Shown here piece by piece: positions 33,560 to 45,366 of a stretch of DNA of 64,000 nt (position 1 is its first letter; the number at the start of each line of letters is the position of its first letter). The notes under the pieces were generated by a model that worked only from the letters and a program-made list of their open reading frames with translations, did no database searches and had not been told where the DNA came from. Position numbers and translations under genes: made by a program. The stretch is taken from positions 1 through 64,000 of the forward strand of contig NW_026857137.1 in NCBI RefSeq assembly GCF_026571515.1, given 5' to 3'. This DNA comes from Ruditapes philippinarum. Lineage: Eukaryota.

Positions 33560-35402
33560 CTGAAAACACAAATTGATACTCTATTCAATAAGTAAACTGA
33601 ACACGGTTATAGCGAACTTCCGGTTATTAGGAACAATTGATTTTGCCCTTCTTTTTTTAATATTAAATTAAACTGTTATAGCGAACACCGTTATAAGGAA
33701 TTATCGCTTATAAGGAACTCATTTCTTAGTCCCAATTTAGTTAAAAGTACAAAAAATTACACTTTTATCACGAACTCCAAAATATCGGCTATTCGTAAAT
33801 AGATCCCGCAATTTCAACTTTGGTTTTCATTGGTCGGTGAATACGTGTACCGTTTATTGTTGTATGTACTTCAATACAACCGTGAAAATGAATTTATATA
33901 GCAGTACGTAATAGTTTTCCAAGCATGAATTCTTTTCACCAATTTAAAACGATTATTCCTTTTATTCTATTATTTCTATGTATATAAATAAAATTATTTA
34001 ATAATATAATAAATGATCATAAACTCAGTTTATGATCATTTATTATTTATTATGTGTATATTAAATGTTAGTAAGCCATTTTACTCATCGTATTTGACTG
34101 AAAGTATAAACGTTTAGATTTTCATCTACAAGGTACTATTCTGAGCGTCGGTCGAATGCTCCATTACCATTCACATTCTCGTTTGAATTTCTACAAGTCA
34201 AGCGACTGTTGCTTCAGCGCAAAAGAGAACAACCATAATGATATATGTTTCTATTCAAAATACGAATTCAAACTTAGACTGAGCATTAGTGAATAAAACC
34301 TAGTCTGTTACATAAAGACTTAACATATGGTCAAGTCTCTATTTAGTTATGATATATCTAATAACCGGGTCAGACATTTAATCTCGTTATACTTAGTATC
34401 TCAATTAAGATAAGTGATCCCAATTATGAAAAGAATTTGTGATGTGGAAGAAATGTCCGTAAATTTTGAAAATTGTTTAAGCTTAGATATAAGACATAGA
34501 GAAACAATTACATTAAAATCTTAATTAAACATTAAAATATGTCTCTTTCCAAAAAATGTGTGTTGTTTTTAATTAAGCTGAAAATAGGTCTATCGCACCC
34601 ACAATCCCTCCATAGTCTTTTATTATAATACTGCAACACTTTTTTTGTGCATCGCCAAAACGATTTGACAAAGTGATATTGTTGCGTGCGATTTATTTAA
34701 AATACTAGTGGTCTAATGTTGTTATTTTAAGTAGGAATGCGTTATGTCCCTCACTCATAGACATTAGTGGTAATAATATCTCATTTGTTTGTGATTTCAA
34801 TTTTTATGACATAGCTAAATAGCATTTAAAGTTTTGAAGTTAAGCATATTATACAAATTTCGGTTTTGTACATTTGTTTAAAATTTGATCATCAGCTATT
34901 CGTTGTGCCTTCAATTTTTCAGTCCGATAATGTGAGAAGACATTATATATTATAGGTGTCCCTCGAGGTTATACAACATTTTTTCTTGAGTTCTTTCTTT
35001 ATTCACAGGATTTTCATATTTTTAGTGTACATGCTGTAGCAAATTATGACCAATCAAGTACCTTAGATCTGAGTTTGACCCTAGAACATTTCTTTATAAC
35101 CTTTGACCCAGGTTTAACATAACAACACAACAAAGTTCAATCTCATTCTTTATATCTCCGCGACACGACTAAAACTACATTGTATAACGTTTATTATTTT
35201 TCTATTTTAATCAGTACTTTCATAATCATATTCTATTTTATACTCAACGGTGATTAAAAGTCATGACAATTTCCCCCATAAACATAATTATTTCCAAAAA
35301 TGGCGAATGTTCGCATGATATTTGACATTTACAGATTTGTCCATTAGATAAGTGAATTGACCAGAGGCGTGACTATATCTTTGACCAGCATGATTTGTTT
35401 AC

Positions 35403-35410
35403 TATATAAG
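35403..35410 (+). promoter_or_regulatory. TATA box of the I84 inhibitor gene
   Basis: TATATAAG 66 bp upstream of the ATG, conserved in the paralogous remnant at 26655. Confidence 0.65.
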
Positions 35411-35468
35411 AATGGTCATCAGTAAGGTTGACCAGTGTTCAATTTATCTGGATTACCATCGAGACAAC

Positions 35469-36353
35469 ATGAAAGCTGTTCTTTGTTGCGTTCTTCTCGT
35501 AGCTGTTCTTGGTGAGTGCATTTCATATATCATCTAATAAGTTTTCTTTTGCATTACACGCGGTTCCTTGATATTTTAAGAAGAGACCGATCTTGTACAT
35601 TAAAGATGTTTTCTAAAGGGGATATCCCCATGAATCAATGAAAAACAACACTACTTTGTGAAAACTAGAGACACAGTTTGAGTCTGTTCATGAAAGATTA
35701 TGAAAAAGTGCAACTTGTCTTACACCACCTTAGCTACATACTTACCATTTTTTATAAATCATTTTTGATTTTCAGTATTGCAATACAAATCATAAAAAAA
35801 TATATTGACTGCATCATACACTTGTATTTGCAGCTCTCTCGAGCGCAGAGGAATGCAGATCTGTGAGTGACTGTGGTCACGTGACATGTCCAGAAAGCAA
35901 TTACCAACTTGAATGTCATAACAGACAGTGCACATGCAGCAAAGGTAAATGTTATGGGACGCGTTACACCTTTGAACAGACAAAAATATCACCTCATTTA
36001 AAGTTTTATTAGAATGGTAAAGAAAACTGCTTATGTAAAGTGTAATATCGCTCATTGTTAACAGTCAAAATTACTTACAGACCAGATAGAAAATGTAAAT
36101 TTGAAAGATATCACAGATTTAAGTTGTAGAATGGTACAACTATTTAAAGTTTGTTGTTGTTGTTGTTTATACATATATATGTAATATAATTTTAGATAAA
36201 ATTAATGCATTATATGAATTGTATGTACTTATTTCAGTGTCATCGAGCGGTTGCCGTGTACAGTCGGACTGTTCCGGAGATGATTGTAGGTACGGATGGC
36301 ACTGTGTAGATGGCAGATGCAGATGTGGGTTCGGTTTCGGAGGTGGCAAATAA
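35469..36353 (+). CDS. Secreted 12-cysteine serine protease inhibitor, cvSI-2-like (family I84), 89 aa
   Basis: Exons 35469-35511, 35834-35944 and 36238-36353 with phase-1 GT-AG introns. Protein: MKAVLCCVLLVAVLALSSAEECRSVSDCGHVTCPESNYQLECHNRQCTCSKVSSSGCRVQSDCSGDDCRYGWHCVDGRCRCGFGFGGGK*. Signal peptide plus two 6-Cys modules ending CxC, with HCVDGxCRCG. AATAAA at 36406. Confidence 0.88.
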
Positions 36354-37277
36354 ATTAATTTACTTGTGTTAATTGTTATTAACATTGTTATAATTTTCAA
36401 AGAAAAATAAAATATGCTGTTTTAAGCAGATATATTGTTCAAAATTTATACTTTACTTACATCGATTATTTTTATTTTGAAGAAAAGAAGCGATTTTGTT
36501 GTACTTGTCAATTACAGCATTAACTAAAGGTTCTGTGAGTGAAAAAGTTCATACATAGATACCTCAGTGATATAATCATTTTGCAATGTAATCTCTAAAA
36601 TAACACACTAATTACATATAACATGTCAGGTCATTTTAAATATACTTTAATACGTGGAATATTGTTGAAATCATAAGTTCGAAGTTGTAATCTTCATTAC
36701 GACTTCTTGCTTATGGCAAAGCAGCATACCTCCAGATCCATGCTAATGTTCATGAACATTAAAAAAACTGTATTTAAAAGTAAAATATTGTGGAAAGAGC
36801 ACATTGCAAACGGCACTTACAACTATAACTTATTGTTTATGTACTTTATCGGCGCCAAATTTCATTTTCCACTTTATTTTATTTTATTTTTTTATTTGTC
36901 AATTATATGAAAGGATTTATCTAAAAATAATATTTTAAAAGCTGAAGGCCGCTTTAAAGTTTTGCAAATTTTAATGTTCAATCTCGCAGATACAGCAGAA
37001 ATGATATGTGGTTACACAGTTAAAGTCCCGCTATAATCCAATATTACATAAAGCCATACATAAACTGACTTTGGATTAACGATTCGTTCAGCTGGTTAGC
37101 CTATCTTATCCATTATATGATATAATAGATATGTAACAAATTGTGTAAATACTTATAAACATATAAATGTTTATATACTCACTTTTTCACCCATCGTTTT
37201 CGACGTATGCCATCAGCTGTATTCGTGGATAGAGGTGCAGGACCGGAATGTTACTATCTTACAACTAAAATATACTA

Positions 37278-39121
37278 TGGCCCTCTTCTCTTTTTAATCT
37301 ATATAAATGACATTGTTCTTGACATTAACTCATATATCAGACTCTTTGCAGACGATACAAGTTTATATATCATTGTTGATAATCCACTTCATGCTGCGGT
37401 GACTCTTAATTCTGATCTGAAAAAAATTACAGAATGGGCAAATGGTTGGCTTGTAGACTTCAATCCAAGTAAAACGGAATCAGTAATTATCTCTCGTAAA
37501 GTAAACAAACCAATTCATCCCCCATTGACAATGAACGGAGTGCAAATAAATGAAGTGACCTCACACAAACATCTTGGAGTAACATTTTCTAATGATGGAA
37601 ATTGGCATTCTCACATACAAAATATTACCAAAAAAGCCTGGCAAAGAATTTATATAATGAGATCTTTGAAATTCATTCTTGATCGTAAGTCACTTGAAAC
37701 TATATATCTCTCTTTCATTCGGCCCCTTCTGGAATACTCGGATGTTGTTTGGGACAACATAACTCAACAAGATGAATTTGAACTTGAAAAAATACAACTT
37801 GAAGCCTGCAGAATAATAACCGGTACAACAAAACTAGTTTCTATCTCTAATCTTTATGAAGATACTTGCATCCAACCCCTTAAAGTAAGACGCTACAAAC
37901 ACAAACAAATACTTCTTTATAAAATGTTCAATAATCTTTCTCCTCATTACCTCTCTTCATTAGTTCCCGATACAGTAGGAGAATCTTCAGATTATAATTT
38001 ACGAAATGCAGACAACACTAGAAATATATTTTGTCACACACAACTTTATTCTCATTCATTTTTGCCATCATCAATTAAAGACTGGAACAATCTTCCTGTT
38101 AATTACAGAAATTCACCATCCATTTCAATTTTCAAAAGTAGACTTAATGAAGATGTTCAAAGTGTGCCTTCTCATTATTATGTAGGTGAGAGAAAATACC
38201 AGATTATACACACACGACTTAGAACACATTGTAGTTCTCTCAAAGAACATTTGTTTTCAAAAAACATAATAGAAAGTCCCCTATGTGAATGTGGTGACAT
38301 AGAAAACACATCTCATTATTTCTTCTCGTGTCCAAGGTACCAAGATGAACGAAATGTCCTCCTTAATAATTTAAGTGAAATAACAACTGTCACACTTAAC
38401 GTTTTACTCTATGGTGATAATTCAATTGCTGACGATTTAAATGAAGCAATAGTCCTTCATATACACTCTTATTTACACAGAACAAAACGTTTTGAAATGT
38501 AATAGAAAGTTATTTTTTTCGACTAATATGAAATAGAGATTTAGATGCATAATATCTTCTCAAAAGTATATTGTAAACTCGTTCCATCAACTCCATAGTA
38601 TTTTAGTGACCATTCCTGTTGTCTTTCTTTTTCTTTCTCTCAAATCTGTCTCTTATTTCCTACCATCTATTACCCAACAATTTCAACAATTAACTAACGT
38701 TTCCATTTCTTTATTTTTCTTTAATTTTTTTTAAAACATGCTTAAAAGTTCTATTATTTTTCTTGAAAAGTTTAAACGTGCTAATCTGTGCATTTATCAC
38801 TTACGTGTATTTATGCTATAGAACTATAGGGTTTTCTTTCACATTTTTATGTCAATATTCTATTATTAAGGTCGTTTCGATTAGGAAAACCAGAGTGTAA
38901 ATTGCTAACTTTTCTGTACATGTAAAGAAGCAAGTTTATAGTGAAAATGTTATGTATATTTAACTCAAAAATGCATATAATTGTTACCATTTTACATACT
39001 GTTAGATAGTGATTACGGAAAGAGTTTTTAAAAAAGCTTTCAAGCTTACTACTCAATCCGTACTATTTATTATTTGTCAATTATCATGTAAATGTAATAC
39101 TTATAAATAAAATATTGTTTA
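37278..39121 (+). mobile_element. 5'-truncated CR1-clade LINE with an uninterrupted RT/C-terminal ORF (to 38502)
   Basis: Motifs GPLLFLIYIND, LFADDTSL, FNPSKT, KHLGV, RPLLEY and C-terminal CECG..HYFFSC. 15-bp TSD aactaaaatatacta at 37263-37277 and 39122-39136. Confidence 0.93.
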
Positions 39122-40768
39122 AACTAAAATATACTAGTAATCTCACCAAATTGAAAAACACAAAAGGTCAATTGAATTCATCTATCTCAAATAAAACACT
39201 TTAAGGGAATAACTGTGCTAGACGTTTATATAGTCATATATATATATGCTTAAAATAAGTAGGTTTAGATATCCAAATTGGTCGTTATGCTGTTTTTGAA
39301 TCAATAAAATCGCATCTTCATTAGTCAATGGTGTGATTTCTAAGTTTAATAAGGGTCCATCCGAATTTTCAGCACTGAGAGTACGGACATTTTTAGTCAA
39401 TAAGTCATTAGTCAATGGTCTCGTATTGAGAGAATTTATACAAAATGACATGTCAGATATTTATAAGTCTAAACAAACATTAATATTTTATATCATATAT
39501 TTCTGTATAAAATGGTTATAAAAACAAATGGTCTAAACATCTATATTGGAAATAACTCTTAAAATGGTCGTTCTATCTTAACAACTACGTACAAACAATT
39601 AAAAGCTACTGCCAACAAATAAATTCAGTGCTACGTCTGTACTGTATAATTTATTTTATTGTTTGACTTTGACACAATAATGTATACTCGTGTAATGGAT
39701 GAGGAGCGAAATGGTAAAATTCATGTTCTGTTCTGTTCTTAAATGCCTTAACAATTTTTTTTTAAATATTTAATCATATATATATATGCATGATGAGTCG
39801 ATAATTCCTTATAACCGGGTTCGCTATAACCGTATATTTTATATTAAATAAAGAAGGGCAAATGTTCGCTATAACCGTGTTCGCTTTAAGTGAAGTTTAC
39901 TGTATACACAACAGATTTTCATATAGTGCAGCGACAAGTTTCTAAAAAATAATGTGTATAGAATTATATTTGGCAGAATTCCTAAAAAGGCATTTTTTTC
40001 AAGATTTAAGTTAAGGACTTAATCATTTTGTGATGAACATCAATAAACTTCATATGAAGTATAGTAAAATCTGCTGATTTGACATGCTTGATATATTTAT
40101 TTGAAACAACAAAAATAATGAAATAAAATCACAAAAAAGTATAAACAGTGACCGAAAATATTATCCAATGGGATAATTGTGCCAAACATGTATACAATAT
40201 TTACATAAAACACTAAGCGATTATGATTAACCATAAAAAAATGAAAAAGGGAAAGATCCCGCGTGAGATATGAAAACACAAACAGATGCATGCAGTTGAA
40301 AATTGGAGACTCGCTTTTATTAAGTCTTCTGAAAAGAGGTAATGGTATACATCTCTCACGCCCCCTAGCACCGGTTCAAACGGTATTCTGTATAATGATA
40401 ACCTATGTAACCTTGGAAACGTTTTAGAAGCTGTAATATTCTGCACCAATAATGAAGACATAATGCGTATGGTGGCTGTGATCTATACAGTTTATAAAAA
40501 CTAAAACAATTATAATATTGAAAGATTTCAAGATGTATGTATTAAAGTTAAAAATCTAAACTTGTTACTTATTTTTTTTTTACTTTAAAATGTGTTTTTA
40601 CCAAAAGAGAATATGGTGACTAAAAACGATATCCAAAAATTAAAATAAAGAAAGATACAACGTCTTTATATATAACTAGATCTTCAACTCCCGGTAACGT
40701 ATTTTTGTCTCATATCAACAGAAGAGTTTTTAATCTTTTTTTTTATATTATTTCCGATATAAATAGCA

Positions 40769-41508
40769 TCAATTAAATCCTTTCCAAGCGTATGAATTAA
40801 CCACGCCCATTTGTCTGTAAGGCGATGACGTCATTCTTCTGTCATGGTCGGGAATTTTCTCCTTTTTCACTTTTGTAAGCCTTTCAAGCTGCAAATTTGG
40901 AAAGACATAAAACTAAAGATGGCCTTGATAATAATACACAATGAAAAAATCAAAAGTTAAAAAGATGGCTAAGTTTAGTTTAAACAATATTTATTTACAA
41001 AACATAGATATACATTACAAACAGTATACATTGTATAACAAGATTCATGAAAGACTGAAGACATATTTTTAGTGGTAAACAATTCTAAATAATTAATAAA
41101 TAAATTAAATTCGGAAAAGGATTTGAAAACAAGTCTAAGACTTATATTTATTCATGGCTAAGTTTAACACATGAGTTTCTGAATTGTTAAAGTGTTGATG
41201 TAAAATGCAAGTCAAATGACATATCAACTGGTCATTTTTGACATGTCTATAAAATGATACTAAGTGAATACATGGTTGAAAACAATTATTATACAAACCA
41301 TTTCATTAATTTCATCCTGATCCATCTGTTTACCAACCCGAGAGTAAGGTCTTGTTTTAGGTGCGGGTAGTTGACTCAATCTGTTGACAGTCTGGTCGAT
41401 TTCATACTCATTCATTTTTTGGTAACCTAATCCAAACTCTGGTTTTAGAATGGTTCCCCACGGCAGCTTGCAGGTTTTCGGATGAACAGATGAATGTACT
41501 GCGGTCAT
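40769..41508 (-). CDS. Uncharacterised 109-aa protein, two coding exons
   Basis: Exons 41508-41299 and 40888-40769 (phase 0, gt..cag). Protein: MTAVH..PWG..KPEFGLGYQKMNEYEIDQTVNRLS..KQMDQDEINEM|LERLTKVKKEKIPDHDRRMTSSPYRQMGVVNSYAWKGFN*. Confidence 0.8.
40972..41155 (-). mobile_element. LINE 3'-UTR fragment; a related copy is at ~51749-51960
   Basis: aaatattgtttaaactaaac tail on minus, like the end of the 37278 LINE. Shares aaacatagat..tacattacaa, catgaaa.actgaaga and aattaaattcggaa.aggatt. Confidence 0.55.
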
Positions 41509-42757
41509 TGTTCCGGCAAGATTAATAATTTATTTATCGCAAACGTTGAATCTTATATTGACCAGTATGAAATCATTAGTTTTATTAATCTCTTGTTACC
41601 TTCAGCAAGGATTTTGCACTGTCAATTACAATCAGTTGCAGTCAGGTAGATTATTTTGTACAGGTTAATTCACTATGTACGTAATATATTAAACCCTATT
41701 AGGTGTAGTCATTGACAATCTGAAACAAAATGTAGAAAGAATTACATGTAAGATTGATCACAAAACTGATTACAAATATGTTAAAACAAAATCACATCAA
41801 TTTATATAAGTACATGTGCTTAAATGTGTTTCTCAAAAGCATTAATTCGAGCGTGCAAAACCTAAATCTAACCTTACAGTTAAAGCTGCTATCGAAAACA
41901 CTTTACAAAAATATACTCCTTTTTCGTCCGAATTGGAATAAAACCAAACCGTCAGTGATATCAAAGATTTAACATCATTTACAATCATTGAAATAGTAAA
42001 CCATGTCGAGCATATCTCCATACAACACTTGTAGCATAAAGAAGTGTCACAGATTTATCTACGATAAATGGTTGATTTAAATATGTATACATGGGTAGAG
42101 ATTTACAGTTCTTTAATAGCATAATACAATTTATAATACAATTTGTCAGCGAATATAACAGGGCAATAGGCAATATAATATTGTCAGTGACATTGAACAA
42201 ATTAATGTAGAATCTAATATCATATTAACACATGTGTCTGATTGAATGTAATATATGGTGCGATATCATTATATTTCATCTGAAAAAAAGATCTAACATA
42301 AATTGAGATTCATGTTTGTATGTACACATGGCATTGTCTCTTTATATCCGTAATCAGACACTTTGAAAATACATATATTTAAATAGTGTTCCTGTCAAAT
42401 AAAAGATAATATTTAAAATTTGTGTTTGTTTGTATATATATAGATTTAAGACACAAATTTTTGAAGCCTTATTATTTTACATGGCCAACATTGCAAAAAT
42501 TTGATAAGTTAATGATGTCTCAAAATAAGAAAGAAATTATCAATTTATCTAAATATCTATATTTTGCTAACAAACGGAGAACAGAATTAGAACAGTAGTA
42601 ATCATCTATTTAAAATGAACCAAGAATCTCGTGTAACTAACCAAAAGCTCCTTTGTTTAAATAATAACACTTATGTAATCTTTATATGACCTATCACTAC
42701 ACATTATTATATTATTGTAGGCTAGAAGTAAATGTATATTACTAAATGCTGAAATAA

Positions 42758-42758
<1 letters not shown>

Positions 42759-42803
<45 letters not shown>
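42759..42803. repeat. (TTG)n microsatellite, ~15 units
   Basis: Read directly. Confidence 0.95.
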
Positions 42804-42804
<1 letters not shown>

Positions 42805-45366
42805 ATACTAAATTTCTTTATGCACTAAAATCTGCTGAATGCATATATTTGAATACAGGAAATGTTTTTTTTTATGGTTTTCAATAATAAATAGTGATAT
42901 TTCAAACACAATATCAAAGCAATATAGATCTCGAGAATTCAAAGAAATAATATTAAGTTTTTTAGATATAATTTATATTAATTCAACAATGAATGAAACC
43001 CGACTTATTCACAAATTGAAAAGTAACATTCCATTTCATAAGTACAAACGTTTAAATAAATCTGTTTATATCATTTGAATTTAATTTTACTTTCCAACGT
43101 CCACGAAATTGAATCATTAACTCCAATAACAATAGAAACTTGTTAATCCAATGAGTTTTAATCATTGCACAATATCACTTTCTATGTTTTATTTTAAAGT
43201 AATAACTCACCTAGACTTAACATGTAGATCATGTTAAATATTTCACAAGTAAGTGGTCTAATGTTGCACAAAATAGTGTATCCTAATCAATAACTCTGAT
43301 TGATTATATAGTCTTTCATTGTATTTGTAATCTTATAAATTGGTGAACACTGTATATTAGCATTAAAGAAGCCGACTTGTCATTCAATTTATCACAATGT
43401 TAACATGTGGCACGTGATTAAATCCATTAACAAGGCTAGCTGATAACAATAAATCTATATATCATTACAATATACGCATGTTCTTTTTAATGCAATCGGT
43501 TCGATTGAGTGTTCGCTTTCTTTTAATATCCACTGGTCGTTTAAGCGCATTATGACGACGATAAGACTTTCGATTTAATCACTTTTTTAGATAACAATCT
43601 ACAGTATAAATATTTGTGTTTAGATCAAACAGAAACTTTATTAAGCTTAAACAGTGAATATTGATGTTTCAATTGAAAGTGCGGTTCTTGTTTGCTGTAA
43701 ATAAGATACCTCTTTTTTACTTTTGATATTTGTTTGCAATAGAAATTTCATTTGTTTAACACACATAAGACCGGTTTTTTACTATTTGATTAGTTAAGCT
43801 GATTTTTTTAATTATAAGCTATAAGAGAAATAGAAAGAGCAGTTTCAGAAACTGAACAAATATTTCACAATTAATGATCATACATGTATTTGGAAACATT
43901 CACACTTGATTTAGATCTATACCAATAACTTATGTGCAAAATTTCAGATCATTAGCTCGCTCCGTTTTTCCAGAATAATTATTATAACAGTGAAAAATGA
44001 CCCAAAATTGAAAAGCGTTTAAACGCGTTTCACTCAAATCGGACTGAAAATAGCACAGACATACGATTTTTAATATATTTCTTATATATTTCTTAATTAT
44101 ATCTTATTTATGTTTCTGTTTTAAGTGCTCATGTTTATCTTCGTGAAAAATTAAGATTTTATGTTTTTAGGCTTATAAACCTCAGTGGAGTTCCTTAAAT
44201 TAAGTATACACATGTACTTGGACATACTCATTTGTAGATGCAACTTTTTGCATGATGGATGACTGGCAACTGTTTAATGTTGTTTTCTTTTTTCTTGATG
44301 ATTCCTGCATATTTATCTTTATTATTTGCTAATCCATTTATTCTGGTCGGATCAAATGTTAATTAATAGGATAAATCAGGTTTGTCGTTCACATACAAGG
44401 TGGTGTTGATGTTGTCCGTATTTTCACATTTATGATTTATCTCATAAATGATACTTATATAATTGATACCGTCATTGAATCGATAGTTAAATCAAGAAAG
44501 GACGATGTTTGCAACCTCGAACACTAGCCATAACCTTAACAACATCTCGAACACTTACCCCTACATCAACAGCATATATATTTTGTTGACATTGAACACT
44601 AACCATAACCTCATGCATATTTTGGAAACTGATTTATCATTTTGCCCAAATATTAAACCTATATTATGTATGAGCTTGAATGTAGCATTTTCGTATTGAA
44701 GTATTAGTATGTTTATTCTGTAAATATCTTAATTTCAATAATTATTTTCTATATCAATAATTTAGAATAAATTATGATAGTAATTTTAAAAAAAAGTATT
44801 ACATAGAATAGAGATGGAGTGAAAGTTATATATCAATGAATCGCCTGAACCAAATATATTCACGAGAGGGCGTGCCGAATGTTTGATATGGTCCAACAAA
44901 TATACTTTAGACATCAATGGACATGACACATAATATAATCGTGTTGACGGTAAACCACTACGAACGTATCTCGCTCAGGTGTTGTATATGGTGTTTTTAC
45001 ACTAGTCATATACATAAATGAACAACTACTCACCGTTTCAAATGGTTTCAAATGGCCCGTTGCCGTTTTCTTTTTATACATAGCTAGGTTTCGTGATGAA
45101 TGAATTAAGCTGGAAAATTAATCGTCGACTTTTTTTCATCAACAGATTTATTTATTTTCGTTTTAACTAAAAAGGAATGTTGACTGAACTCATGTTATGG
45201 CATTACAAGTGAAGTAATAAAATAGTGATAAACAAAGTGTCATGTGAAAACCGAATTTATTAATTCTAAAATGGTTAATACTAAAAGTTGTAGTGTGCTT
45301 GTGCTATATTATAATATTCTATCATTTAAAGAGGAAAATTAGAACAAATAGCTGACTGTCAACAAG

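Larger units (their letters stand above)
33591..39902. mobile_element. Pair of pogo/Tc1-mariner-like inverted terminal repeats 6.3 kb apart (candidate Pack-TIR)
   Basis: 33591-33706 matches the reverse complement of 39799-39902 (agtaaac, gaacacggttatagcgaac, tttgcccttcttt, gttataaggaattatcg). TA at 33589-33590 and 39903-39904. The left end lacks the terminal C. Confidence 0.65.

Noticed and set aside
37177-37266. Minus-strand exon-like block with IRRKRW (furin-like site) and a gtgagt donor
   Set aside because: Stops in all frames after the acceptor and no credible partner exons.
37207-37277. N-terminus of the 431-aa ORF as a real gene start
   Set aside because: It is flanking DNA plus the TSD, fortuitously in frame with a 5'-truncated LINE.
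39146-39235. Minus-strand TATA + MNSIDLLCFSI + gtgaga as exon 1 of the inhibitor pseudogene
   Set aside because: Wrong phase and length, with little similarity to the intact exon 1. It cannot be excluded, and if real it would argue against a simple Pack-TIR insertion.
43205-43313. Minus-strand TATA + MIYMLSL G|GTGAGT mini-exon
   Set aside because: Only 7 codons, no convincing downstream exon and no clear homology.
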